Below, piece after piece: positions 15,816 to 24,329 of a DNA stretch of 32,000 bases. The notes beneath the pieces were generated by a model. That model was not told the origin of the DNA. It was given only the letters and a program-made list of their open reading frames with translations, and made no database searches. Source of the DNA: Haladaptatus salinisoli. GTDB lineage: Archaea; Halobacteriota; Halobacteria; Halobacteriales; Haladaptataceae. Position 1 is the first letter of the stretch, and each line of letters opens with the position of its first letter. The stretch spans positions 1,258,823-1,290,822 of the forward strand of contig NZ_CP085327.1 of the NCBI RefSeq assembly GCF_020614375.1, given 5' to 3'. Position numbers and translations under genes: made by a program.

Positions 15816-17833
15816 TGGACGTTCGACCGCTCGAACTGGACGACCTCTACGACGTTCGGCGCGTTTCCGACTGCTCGCTTTCCCCGGACGGCGACCGCGT
15901 CGCCTTCGTCGTGACGGAAGCGGACGAGGACGCCGACGAGAACCATCGGTCGCTGTTCGTCGTTCCGACGGACGGCGGCGACGACCCGCATCGACTCACG
16001 CGCCTCCCCGGCGTCGGATCGCCGAAGTGGTCGCCGGACGGCTCGAAACTCGGATTCGTCGCGAGCCGCGAGCGCGACGTATCGCTCCGGGCCGGACGCG
16101 AAGGCGACGCGCCCGACGGCGATGAGCCGAAATCGCAGGTGTGGGCGTTCGACCTCGACCGCGGCGGCGACGCCCGCCAGGTCACCGACCGCGAGGAGGG
16201 CGTCCGCGAGTTCGACTGGGGACCGGACGGCGATCGCATCGTCGTCTCGGCGCGCGACCCGACCGAGGAGCAGCGGGAGTATCTGGACGCCCGCCGGGAG
16301 GAGGACGCGCCGGTTGAAACCGAGCGCCTGCAGCACAAGGCCGACGGACAGGGATGGCTCGACGACGTGGCGACCTACCTGTTCGTGGTCGACGTGGAAA
16401 CCCGGGAGGAACGCCGACTGGACGACGCCTACGGCGGCGGGGCGCGCGAACCGATGACCGGCCTGCAACCGGCGTGGGGGCCGGAGCGAATCGCGTTCGT
16501 CTCCAATCGCACCGAGCGCCCGGACGATTCGAGCGCGATGGACGCGTACACCATCGCGCCCGACGGGAGCGACCTTCGCCGGGTGACCGACGGGGAACTG
16601 ATGTGTTCGCAACTCCGCTGGAGTCCGGACGGTCGGAAGCTGTCGTTCGTCGGAAGCGAGTCGACGAACTGGTACGTGCCGAGTCAGGTGTTCGTCGCCG
16701 ACGTCGAGGGGTATCGCTCCGTCTCCGCGTCGCTCGACCGAACCGTGTCGCGGGGCGGCGCGCCGACGTGGACGGACGACGAGACGCTCCTCTGTTCGGT
16801 CGGCGACGGCGGGCGGACGCGACTCGTTCGGCTCGACGCCGCCCGCGACGCGCCGGAGCGCGCGTTCGACCGACAGGGCGAGTACCGGACGATACGGTCG
16901 TTCGACGCCGCGGGATCGACCGTCGCGCTCTGTCTCACCAGCCCGGACGAACCCGCCGACGTGTACGCCGTGCCCCTCGAAAGCATCGACGAGGGGGACG
17001 AACCGACGCGACTCACGTCGATGAACGCCGACCTCGTCGACGCCGTCGAGACGCCGCGGTGCGAGCGCGTCACCTTCGAGAACGGCGACGGCGACACCGT
17101 GGAAGCCATCGCGTACCTGCCGTCGGAGTTCGACCCCGACGATCCCGACCCGCGCCCGCTCATCGCCGCGATACACGGCGGACCGATGGCTTACGACGCG
17201 CCGGGGTTCGGCTTCGACGACTGCTACTGGACGGGCGAGGGGTACGTCGTCCTCCGGGTCAACTACCGGGGGAGCACGTCGTACGGACGGGATTTCAGCG
17301 AGGTCATCCGCGGCGAGTGGGGACCGCGCGAGAGCGACGACGTCATCTCGGGCGTCGAGTGGGCCGTCCGTCGCGGCTGGGCGGACGAAGACCGGCTCTT
17401 CGTCACCGGCCTCTCGCAGGGCGGCGTCAACACCGTCCACATCATCGCGCGGACCGATACGTTCGCGGCCGCCGCCCCCGAACACGGCATCTATGACTTC
17501 TACTCGCTGTTCGGGACGGGCGACTTACACCACTGGTACGAAAACGACGTCGGCCTACCGTGGGAGGAACTCGCCGCCTACCGCGCCATGTCGAGCATCA
17601 CCGAAGTCGGGGAGATAGACACCCCGACGCTCGTGACCGCCGGGGAGAACGATTGGCGCTGTCCGCCAGCGCAGGCGGAGCAGCTCTACGTCAGCCTGAA
17701 AAAACGGGGCGTTCCGTCGAAGCTCGTCGTCTATCCGAACGAACACCACGACATCGGCGCGCCGGAACGCACCCGACACCGCCTGCGGACGCTCACCGAC
17801 TGGTTCGAGCGCCACGACCCCGCTCGCGACTGA
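15815..17833 (+). CDS. S9-family serine peptidase (prolyl oligopeptidase/acylaminoacyl-peptidase type) with an N-terminal beta-propeller
   Basis: 672 aa. Repeated SPDG/WSPDG propeller motifs, nucleophile GLSQGG, Asp context GENDWRCP, His context NEHHDI. Confidence 0.88.
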   Translation: MDVRPLELDDLYDVRRVSDCSLSPDGDRVAFVVTEADEDADENHRSLFVVPTDGGDDPHRLTRLPGVGSPKWSPDGSKLGFVASRERDVSLRAGREGDAPDGDEPKSQVWAFDLDRGGDARQVTDREEGVREFDWGPDGDRIVVSARDPTEEQREYLDARREEDAPVETERLQHKADGQGWLDDVATYLFVVDVETREERRLDDAYGGGAREPMTGLQPAWGPERIAFVSNRTERPDDSSAMDAYTIAPDGSDLRRVTDGELMCSQLRWSPDGRKLSFVGSESTNWYVPSQVFVADVEGYRSVSASLDRTVSRGGAPTWTDDETLLCSVGDGGRTRLVRLDAARDAPERAFDRQGEYRTIRSFDAAGSTVALCLTSPDEPADVYAVPLESIDEGDEPTRLTSMNADLVDAVETPRCERVTFENGDGDTVEAIAYLPSEFDPDDPDPRPLIAAIHGGPMAYDAPGFGFDDCYWTGEGYVVLRVNYRGSTSYGRDFSEVIRGEWGPRESDDVISGVEWAVRRGWADEDRLFVTGLSQGGVNTVHIIARTDTFAAAAPEHGIYDFYSLFGTGDLHHWYENDVGLPWEELAAYRAMSSITEVGEIDTPTLVTAGENDWRCPPAQAEQLYVSLKKRGVPSKLVVYPNEHHDIGAPERTRHRLRTLTDWFERHDPARD

Positions 17834-17835
17834 TC

Positions 17836-17862
17836 GGCGTCGTCGGGGGCCCGCTCGACGCC
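17836..17862. terminator. Hairpin (7-bp stem ggcgtcg/cgacgcc, 13-nt loop) filling the gap between convergent genes
   Basis: It occupies nearly all of the 29-nt spacer between the peptidase stop (17833) and the permease stop (17863). Confidence 0.35.
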
Positions 17863-18672
17863 TCACCCGGCTTCCGCTTCCTCGCCGCGGAACGGTTTCA
17901 GTTGCTCCGCCTCCGTGAACGCGTACCGCCCCACCAACAGCGTGCTGGCCATGCTGGTCAGTCCGCCCGCCGCGAACAACATCGCCATGATGACGAACTG
18001 GTATTCGGCCGCGTAGATGGGGTTCGCGCCCGCGAGAATCATCCCCGACATCATGCCGGGGATGTACACCAGTCCGAGACTCTTCAGCGAATCCACCATC
18101 GGGATGAGCGAGGCGCGCACGCTCGTCGTCACGTAATCGGAGATCACCTTCCCCGGGGGTGCGCCCAGCGCGAGGACGGCCTCGATCTCCGAACGGTTGG
18201 ACTCCACCTCGCCCTTGAACCGATCGAGCGCCAGCGAGTTCGTCTTCATCGCGTTGGCGATGACCATCCCGCCCACCGGAATCAGGTTCCTGACGGTCGC
18301 CTCGATAGCCCCCGCGGCGACCATCGCGACGATGACGAGGCCGGCACCGAACGCGATTCCGAGGAGCGAAACGCGGAGAACGCCGGGAACGCCCTCGCCG
18401 CGATCCTTCGAGATCCAGGCGGCGATTCCGATCATCGCGACGAGCACGAGACCGCTCCACGCGAGGTCGACCGAAAAGAGGATCCCGATGACCGACCCCA
18501 TCGCGACGACCTGGACGAATCCCCGGACGAACGCCCGCCCGAGTTCCGTTTCGAGGTCGAGGTTTCGCAGATAGGAGACGCCGAGGACGACGGCCGCCAG
18601 CGCGGACGCGACGGCGATCTGAACGAGTCCCTTCGCCACCGCCGGATCCCTGAACTGGTCGAGAAACGTCAC
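17863..18672 (-). CDS. UPF0014-family ABC permease (YbbM/FetB-like)
   Basis: LALGAPPGKV and IPMVDSLKSLGLVYIPGMMSGMILAGANP align by eye with E. coli FetB (LSLGATPKQA, IPTVDSAKTVGLVSLPGMMSGLIFAG). The GTG start overlaps the ATPase stop (GTGA). Confidence 0.85.
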   Translation of the reverse strand: MTFLDQFRDPAVAKGLVQIAVASALAAVVLGVSYLRNLDLETELGRAFVRGFVQVVAMGSVIGILFSVDLAWSGLVLVAMIGIAAWISKDRGEGVPGVLRVSLLGIAFGAGLVIVAMVAAGAIEATVRNLIPVGGMVIANAMKTNSLALDRFKGEVESNRSEIEAVLALGAPPGKVISDYVTTSVRASLIPMVDSLKSLGLVYIPGMMSGMILAGANPIYAAEYQFVIMAMLFAAGGLTSMASTLLVGRYAFTEAEQLKPFRGEEAEAG

Positions 18673-19340
18673 GCTAGCACCTCCGAGACGCGACCGACGG
18701 ACGTCAGTCCGCCGTCTTCGAGCAGCGCCACGCGGTCGGCGAGACGGCGCGCTTGCGACGTGTCGTGGGTCACGAGAACCGTCGCGAGTCCGGTCTCGGC
18801 GATGAGTTCTTCGAGGAGCGTTTCGACCCGCGACTCCGACGCCGAATCGAGGCTGGCGGTCGGTTCGTCGAGCAGGAGCACTTCGGGATCGTTGAAAACC
18901 GTCCGGGCGACGGCGACCCGCTGGGTCTCGCCGCCGGAGAGATCCTCGACGTTCCGCTCCGCGTATCCCCCGAGATCCATCCGCTTCAGGAGGTCTTCGA
19001 CGGCGTCGTCCGCGAACGGTTCGTCGCGCAGACGGGGGCCGACCGTCACGTTCTCGAAGACCGTCCCGTCGCGAAGGGCGGGCCGTTGCGGGACGTACCC
19101 GACCGCGCGGCGAAGCTCCCGCGGGGGGAGGGTGCGGTAGTCCTCTCCGTCGAGGAACACGGTTCCCTCCGTCGGTTCGTCGAGCCGATTCAGCAGTCGG
19201 AGCAGCGACGATTTCCCCGCGCCCGAGGAGCCGAGGATCGCGAGAACCTCCCCGTCGGCGACGCCGAAGGAGACGGCGTCGACTATTCGAACCCCGTCGA
19301 CGATGCGGGTGAGGTCTTCGGCTTCGAGTTTCGCGTCCAT
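18669..19340 (-). CDS. ABC transporter ATP-binding protein (YbbL/FetA-like)
   Basis: Walker A GSSGAGKSS, signature LSGGETQR, Walker B LLLDEPT. A TATA-like box (minus-strand catctaaagaa, 19367-19377) is centred about 32 nt upstream of the ATG at 19340. Confidence 0.9.
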   Translation of the reverse strand: MDAKLEAEDLTRIVDGVRIVDAVSFGVADGEVLAILGSSGAGKSSLLRLLNRLDEPTEGTVFLDGEDYRTLPPRELRRAVGYVPQRPALRDGTVFENVTVGPRLRDEPFADDAVEDLLKRMDLGGYAERNVEDLSGGETQRVAVARTVFNDPEVLLLDEPTASLDSASESRVETLLEELIAETGLATVLVTHDTSQARRLADRVALLEDGGLTSVGRVSEVLA

Positions 19341-19416
19341 GGTGTGTCGTGCCTTCGTCCGGAAGGTTCTTTAGATGCGCTCCTACGTTCGGTCGGGAGT
19401 CGGCGACCGGCGAATC

Positions 19417-20493
19417 TCAGAAGAAGCCGAACGAGTCCCGAACGTCCCGATAGCAGTCGAGATACCGCTCCAGCACGGACCGGTGGTCGTACCGCGCGAA
19501 CTCCTCGTTCTCCGTCATCTGCGGGAGGTCGGCGGCCGACCGGAGCGCGTCGGTGAGTTCCTGCTCGCTCGTCGTCCGGAACGTTCGCTCCTCGCGTTCG
19601 ACCAGTTCGTGGGCGCTCGATTCGACGTGGTACTCCACGACCCCCGCACAGCCGCAGGCCAGCGCGCGCAGGAGGTCGGTGGGGAACGCCTCCCGTCGGG
19701 CGGTCTGGACGTAGACGTGCGCGCCGCGGAACACGGGAATGCGTTTTTCGACGGGTTGGGTCCCCGTGAACTCCACCCGGTCGTCGATGCGGAGGTCGGC
19801 GGCCTGTCGCTCGTATCGGTCGCGCTCGGGCCCGTCTCCGACGACGACCGCGTGCCAGCCCTTGTCCCGGAGTTCGGCCAGCGCGAGCAGGAGGCTCTCC
19901 AGATTGGCGTCCTCGTCGAGGCGGCGCGAGTAGACGATGTCGGCCCCCTCGACCACCCGCGCGTCTCGGACGGCGTCCACGTCGATGCCGTTCGGAATCA
20001 CGCGCACGTCGTCGGCGCTCGCGCCCAGTTCCCGGACGCGCGTCTTCACGGTCTCCGAGGGCGCGATGACCTCGTCCGGCACGCGCGCGGCCATCCGGAG
20101 GCTCTTCGAGGCGGTCACCGCGGCCGCGGGCGGCGGTTCGTACCAGTCCACGACGAGGGGTGCGCGCGCGAGTTTGCTCGCCGTCTTCGCCGCCAGCACG
20201 TGTTTCGGCACCGCCGCGGCGTGGATAACGTCCGGTTTCGCGCGGCGGAGCGCGCCGGGGAGCGAGAGCGCGAACCGTCCCGACGGGACTTCGCCGGGCG
20301 GTTCGGTCGTCACCGCGCGGTACGTCACGCCCTCCCGTTCGAACGTCTCGTGGTCGCCGTCCCACCACGGGGCGCAGAAGACGAGCGCGTCGTGGCCGCG
20401 ACCGGCGAGGAGTTCCGCGGTGCGCCGAAGCCGGCGCGTTGCTCCCGTCTCTTCGTGTTGAGCCGTCTCCTCCGCGACGAACGCGACGCGCAT
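19417..20493 (-). CDS. Glycosyltransferase, GT4 (GT-B) family
   Basis: MRVAFVAEE... N-terminus and a C-terminal E-x7-E-like region (REAFPTDLLRALACG). ATG 20493 is preferred to GTG 20505. A TATA-like box (minus-strand gacttttactttc, 20513-20525) is centred about 26 nt upstream. Confidence 0.85.
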   Translation of the reverse strand: MRVAFVAEETAQHEETGATRRLRRTAELLAGRGHDALVFCAPWWDGDHETFEREGVTYRAVTTEPPGEVPSGRFALSLPGALRRAKPDVIHAAAVPKHVLAAKTASKLARAPLVVDWYEPPPAAAVTASKSLRMAARVPDEVIAPSETVKTRVRELGASADDVRVIPNGIDVDAVRDARVVEGADIVYSRRLDEDANLESLLLALAELRDKGWHAVVVGDGPERDRYERQAADLRIDDRVEFTGTQPVEKRIPVFRGAHVYVQTARREAFPTDLLRALACGCAGVVEYHVESSAHELVEREERTFRTTSEQELTDALRSAADLPQMTENEEFARYDHRSVLERYLDCYRDVRDSFGFF

Positions 20494-20562
20494 ACGCACC
20501 GCCACGAAACGCGAAAGTAAAAGTCTTCTTTCATACGGTTCGCGCCGCGAACGGCCGCCCCG

Positions 20563-21177
20563 TCACTGGAACCATCGACTGTCGCCGAACCCCAGCGCGA
20601 GGTCGGGCGTCGAATCCTGAAACCGTCGCTGCCAGCAGCGGTGGTCGTAGAAGTGCGTCATCGCGGTCATCCCGAACAGACCGAGGACGAACACCGCGAG
20701 CTGGAACCCGGAGAACGGAACGAGGTTCAGCCATCCGAGGGCGACCAACAGCCCGCCGACCCCCGAGAGGGCGAGATACAGCTCGTGCCACGGAATCGTC
20801 GTTTGCGAGTCCGTGGCGAGGTACAGTTCGAAATCCTCCGCGCCGTCGGTGAACGACACCTCCTTCGATTCGCGGTCGTACGAGACGATGCCGATGCTCT
20901 CCAACTTCGGGAGGTGCGTCTGATACAGCGCGCTGTACACCGATTTGCGTTGTTCCGGCGTGACGTCCTCGACGTCCGTGTTGTTCTCCCACGCCGCGAT
21001 TTGTTCGGCGAGTTCCCCCAGTTCGACGGGTTGGCGCTCCCTGTTGACGTGGTACAGTACGTACCGACGGCGCAGGTTCTTCACCGCGTCGTACACCTCC
21101 TGCTCCGAAAACGAACGCGGCCGTGTCTGTTCGGACGACGGCGTCCGGTCGTGTGTCTCTTGCGTTGTCGTGTTCAT
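20563..21177 (-). CDS. Membrane-anchored winged-helix protein (haloarchaeal DUF7344-type HTH plus C-terminal TM segments)
   Basis: RRRYVLYHV..ELGELAEQIAAWEN..EQRKSVYSALYQTHLPKLESIGIVSYD is the typical haloarchaeal ArsR-like HTH pattern. It is followed by 2-3 hydrophobic helices. Hand-counted GC is about 60%. Confidence 0.8.
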   Translation of the reverse strand: MNTTTQETHDRTPSSEQTRPRSFSEQEVYDAVKNLRRRYVLYHVNRERQPVELGELAEQIAAWENNTDVEDVTPEQRKSVYSALYQTHLPKLESIGIVSYDRESKEVSFTDGAEDFELYLATDSQTTIPWHELYLALSGVGGLLVALGWLNLVPFSGFQLAVFVLGLFGMTAMTHFYDHRCWQRRFQDSTPDLALGFGDSRWFQ

Positions 21178-21518
21178 TCCTCCACCCCGGTTACCGTCCG
21201 CACGCCGAGAAGCCGCTTAAACCGACGACTCCGTTCAGTTCGTATCGACCGATGTCGCCGTCGCGTGAACGGTCGTCCGGCCACGCAAATCCGAAATTGA
21301 ACCGTTTTTCCGAGGACACGATACCCTCGGCCTTCGCCGCCGCCGGTCCGTCCGGCGTCCCGTCGGTCGTCGCGCTCTCGCGGGGGAATCCCGAACCGGA
21401 CGAACTCGTCCCGTAGCGAACGGACCCGTCGTCATCCGGCGAAAGAGGAGACGGAGCGCGCGCTCGTTAGGTGTCGGATACCCAACGGTAACGAGAGCTA
21501 GAGGGACGAACGAGAACG

Positions 21519-21731
21519 TTATCGGCCGGATTCCTCGGACGCTTTTCGGAGATACGTGATCTCGACCATCACGTCCGGACCGTCGTCGAGCGAGCGACGG
21601 AACGTCCACGAACGGTCGAATCCGATACCGTTTCGGGCGCTCACCTCGACGAGTTCGGCGAGACGCTTCTCGAACTCGTCCAACGAGAGCAGTTCCGGTT
21701 CGCCGGTCACGGACCTAGCACCCGGCGTCAT
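21519..21731 (-). CDS. Hypothetical small protein (70 aa)
   Basis: ATG 21731 overlaps the HalOD1 gene end by 17 nt; a GTG at 21710 would remove the overlap. GC3 is about 75%. I recognise no family. Confidence 0.5.
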   Translation of the reverse strand: MTPGARSVTGEPELLSLDEFEKRLAELVEVSARNGIGFDRSWTFRRSLDDGPDVMVEITYLRKASEESGR

Positions 21732-22026
21732 CGGAGGGGAGTCGCCGATTGCCGTCGAACACCTGCACCGTCCCGGTGGTATCGACGCGCACCGTACAGC
21801 CGTGAAACGGGAACTGTACCTTCCCGATACCGGCCATCCCGTCCGTGTCGAACGAGTGGATGAGGGCTTCGAGCGCGTCGCAATCGACCGTCTCCTGAAG
21901 CGGCGGCATCTCTTCCATCGGCGTATCGGTCACGCGGGATATCGCCTCGCTGATGGTGATGACGATACTGTCCGCCTGCTCCCTGTCGAACGAGAACTGA
22001 TGTATCAACTCCGAATCAGTGTTCAA
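21715..22026 (-). CDS. HalOD1-domain protein (stand-alone halobacterial output domain 1)
   Basis: SIVITISEAISRVTDTPMEEMPPLQETVDCDALEALI...VQFPFHGCTVRVDTTGTVQV fits the HalOD1 pattern. The only in-frame starts after the upstream stop are TTG (22026 or 22008). Confidence 0.7.
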   Translation of the reverse strand: MNTDSELIHQFSFDREQADSIVITISEAISRVTDTPMEEMPPLQETVDCDALEALIHSFDTDGMAGIGKVQFPFHGCTVRVDTTGTVQVFDGNRRLPSDDAGC

Positions 22027-22075
22027 ATCATGAGATGTAACTTCAATAGTATATCACTCCTCGTGGTTCAAATCA
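22021..22075. repeat. Direct repeat of the 10-mer gttcaaatca (22021-22030 and 22066-22075) in an AT-rich spacer
   Basis: Exact copies 45 bp apart. The first overlaps the TTG start of the HalOD1 gene. A TATA-like segment (minus-strand gtgatatactattgaag, 22041-22057) lies between them. Confidence 0.6.
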
Positions 22076-22187
22076 AGGTATCGGTTCTTCAAAGTCTGTG
22101 GCTTCGCATCTCCATTCTTTAAATGATGTGAGAGGTAATCAATCATACCTTTTTCGGCGCGGCGAAACGTCGCTCGCTACCGCTTGC

Positions 22188-22201
22188 CAAAGCACTTTCA
22201 C
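22188..22201 (+). promoter_or_regulatory. TATA-like box (caaagcactttcac)
   Basis: Centred about 30 nt upstream of the ATG at 22225. Confidence 0.35.
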
Positions 22202-22224
22202 GTCCGAATCGAAACGGGAGCACG

Positions 22225-24027
22225 ATGGCGTACGATTTCGAGCGGTACCTGAACGTCCGAAGCGCGTCCGGCGGCTCGTTCGGCCCGGACGGCGAGCGGC
22301 TGAGTTTTCTGCTGGACGCGACGGGCGTTCCGCAGGTGTGGCGACTGGACGAACCGGGTGCGTGGCCCGATCAACTCACGTTCTACGGCGAGCGAGTCAC
22401 CTTCGCGTCGTGGTCGCCCGAACGGGACGAACTCGTCTTCGGGATGGACGAGGGCGGCAACGAGCGCCAGCAGCTCTTCAGGCTCGACGGCGACGGCGAG
22501 ACCATCACGCCCCTCACGGGGACGCCGGACGCGAAGCACCGCTGGGGCGGGTGGAACTCGGACGGGTCGCGGTTCGCGTTCGCGTCCAACCGTCGGGACC
22601 GAGCCGTCTTCGACGTGTACGTCCAGGGGCGCGACGGGACCGGGAACGACGCCGAACTGGTGCACGAGGGGGACGGCTGGCTCTCGGTCGCCGGGTGGAG
22701 TCCCGACGACGACCGCCTCGCGGTGGTCGAATCGCACTCCTCGTTCGACCAGGACCTCCACGTCCTCGATATCGAATCGGGGGACGCCGAACACCTCACC
22801 CCGCACGAGGGGAACGTTCGATACCGGAGCGTCAACTGGGGCCCCGACGGCGAAGCCCTCTACCTCGTCACGGACGAGGGGAGCGACACGACCTACCTCG
22901 CGCGTCTCGACCTCGGTTCGGGCGACGTCGAAGTCGTCGAGGAGGGCGGCGACTGGAACGTCGACGGCGTCGCGCTCGACGAGGATTCGGGGCGGCTCGT
23001 CTACTCGCGCAACGAGGACGGCTACACCGAACTCACGGTCGGCGAGTTGACCGGCGAGACGACCATCCGCGAGTTCCCGACGCCGAACCTCCCGCGCGGC
23101 GTCGCGGGCGGCGTGAGCTTCGACCCCGACGCGGAGCGGTTCGCCATCACCGTCACCGGGAGCGCGACCAATACGAACGTCTACGTGGTCGAAGTCGAGA
23201 CGGGCGACGCCGAACGCTGGACGGACGCCTCGACCGCCGGAATCCCGCCCGAGACGTTCGTCCGCCCGAAACTCGTCCACTTCGAGAGTTTCGACGACCG
23301 GCGGCTACCGGCGTTCTTCTCGGTGCCTGCGGACGCGACGCCGGGCGAGACGCCCGTCATCGTGGACATCCACGGCGGACCGGAGTCCCAGCGCAGGCCG
23401 TCGTTCAGCCCGACCAAACAGTACTTCCTGAACCGCGGCTACGCCGTCTTCGAACCGAACGTCCGCGGGTCGTCCGGCTACGGCAAGGCGTACGCCCACC
23501 TGGACGACGTGGAAAAGCGGATGGACTCGGTCGCCGACGTCGAGGCGGGCGTGAAGTGGCTCCGCGACCAGCGCGTCGTCGACCCCGACCGAATCGTCGC
23601 CATGGGCGGTTCCTACGGCGGATTTATGGTGCTCGCGGCGCTGACCGAGTATCCCGACCTCTGGGCCGCCGGGGTGGACATCGTCGGCATCGCCAACTTC
23701 GTCACCTTCTTGGAGAACACGGGCGACTGGCGGCGCGAATTGCGGGAGGCCGAGTACGGGTCGCTCGAAGACGACCGGGAGTTCCTCGAATCGGTCAGTC
23801 CCGTCAACAACATCCGAAACATCGAGGCCCCCCTGCTCGTCCTCCACGGCGAGAACGACCCCCGCGTCCCGGTCGGTGAGGCGGAGCAGATAGCCGACGA
23901 GGCCGCCGCGCAGGGCGTCCCGGTCGAGAAGCAGGTCTTCCCGGACGAGGGCCACGGCTTCTCGAAGTTGGAGAACCGCATCGAGGCGTACACGACGATA
24001 GCCGAGTTCCTGGACGAACACGTCTGA
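22225..24027 (+). CDS. S9-family serine peptidase (prolyl oligopeptidase family) with an N-terminal beta-propeller
   Basis: 600 aa. WSPD propeller repeats, nucleophile GGSYGG, HGENDPRVP (Asp), DEGHGF (His). Confidence 0.9.
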   Translation: MAYDFERYLNVRSASGGSFGPDGERLSFLLDATGVPQVWRLDEPGAWPDQLTFYGERVTFASWSPERDELVFGMDEGGNERQQLFRLDGDGETITPLTGTPDAKHRWGGWNSDGSRFAFASNRRDRAVFDVYVQGRDGTGNDAELVHEGDGWLSVAGWSPDDDRLAVVESHSSFDQDLHVLDIESGDAEHLTPHEGNVRYRSVNWGPDGEALYLVTDEGSDTTYLARLDLGSGDVEVVEEGGDWNVDGVALDEDSGRLVYSRNEDGYTELTVGELTGETTIREFPTPNLPRGVAGGVSFDPDAERFAITVTGSATNTNVYVVEVETGDAERWTDASTAGIPPETFVRPKLVHFESFDDRRLPAFFSVPADATPGETPVIVDIHGGPESQRRPSFSPTKQYFLNRGYAVFEPNVRGSSGYGKAYAHLDDVEKRMDSVADVEAGVKWLRDQRVVDPDRIVAMGGSYGGFMVLAALTEYPDLWAAGVDIVGIANFVTFLENTGDWRRELREAEYGSLEDDREFLESVSPVNNIRNIEAPLLVLHGENDPRVPVGEAEQIADEAAAQGVPVEKQVFPDEGHGFSKLENRIEAYTTIAEFLDEHV

Positions 24028-24329
24028 GACGGGGTGTTCGCCGCCGTTCTCGACGGCCGAGGTTTATGACGTCGTGTTCTCGCCCGTTTTCGTATTAGTA
24101 ATTCCATGCGTTTTCTCGTCCTCGTCGATCCGTGACTTCTGCCGCTCGTCGGCGCGTCGGCGATGTCGAACGCGCTCGTCGAACTCACGGAGTCGAACCT
24201 CTATCCGCGGAACGTCGGTCGGGCGAACGAACTGCTCTCGACCCACCCGTCCGTCTTGCGTCGATTCGGCTGAATTCGGCCCGGTACCGCGGCGACTGGC
24301 GATGACTGACGACGACCGACGACGGCGAA

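Noticed and set aside
13325-17485. 1386-aa minus-strand ORF, the longest in the track
   Set aside because: It is antisense to two well-supported genes (folCP and the S9 peptidase). Its translation is Arg/Gly/Pro/Val-rich low complexity with no motifs. Stop-free antisense frames are expected when the sense strand has G/C-rich third positions.
22018-22080. GGTTCAAATC-like motifs resembling a tRNA T-loop, considered as a tRNA, tRNA fragment or att site
   Set aside because: Flanking bases do not form a T-stem, and I could not fold any acceptor, D or anticodon arms. With no integrase nearby, a 10-mer repeat is insufficient evidence for an attachment site.
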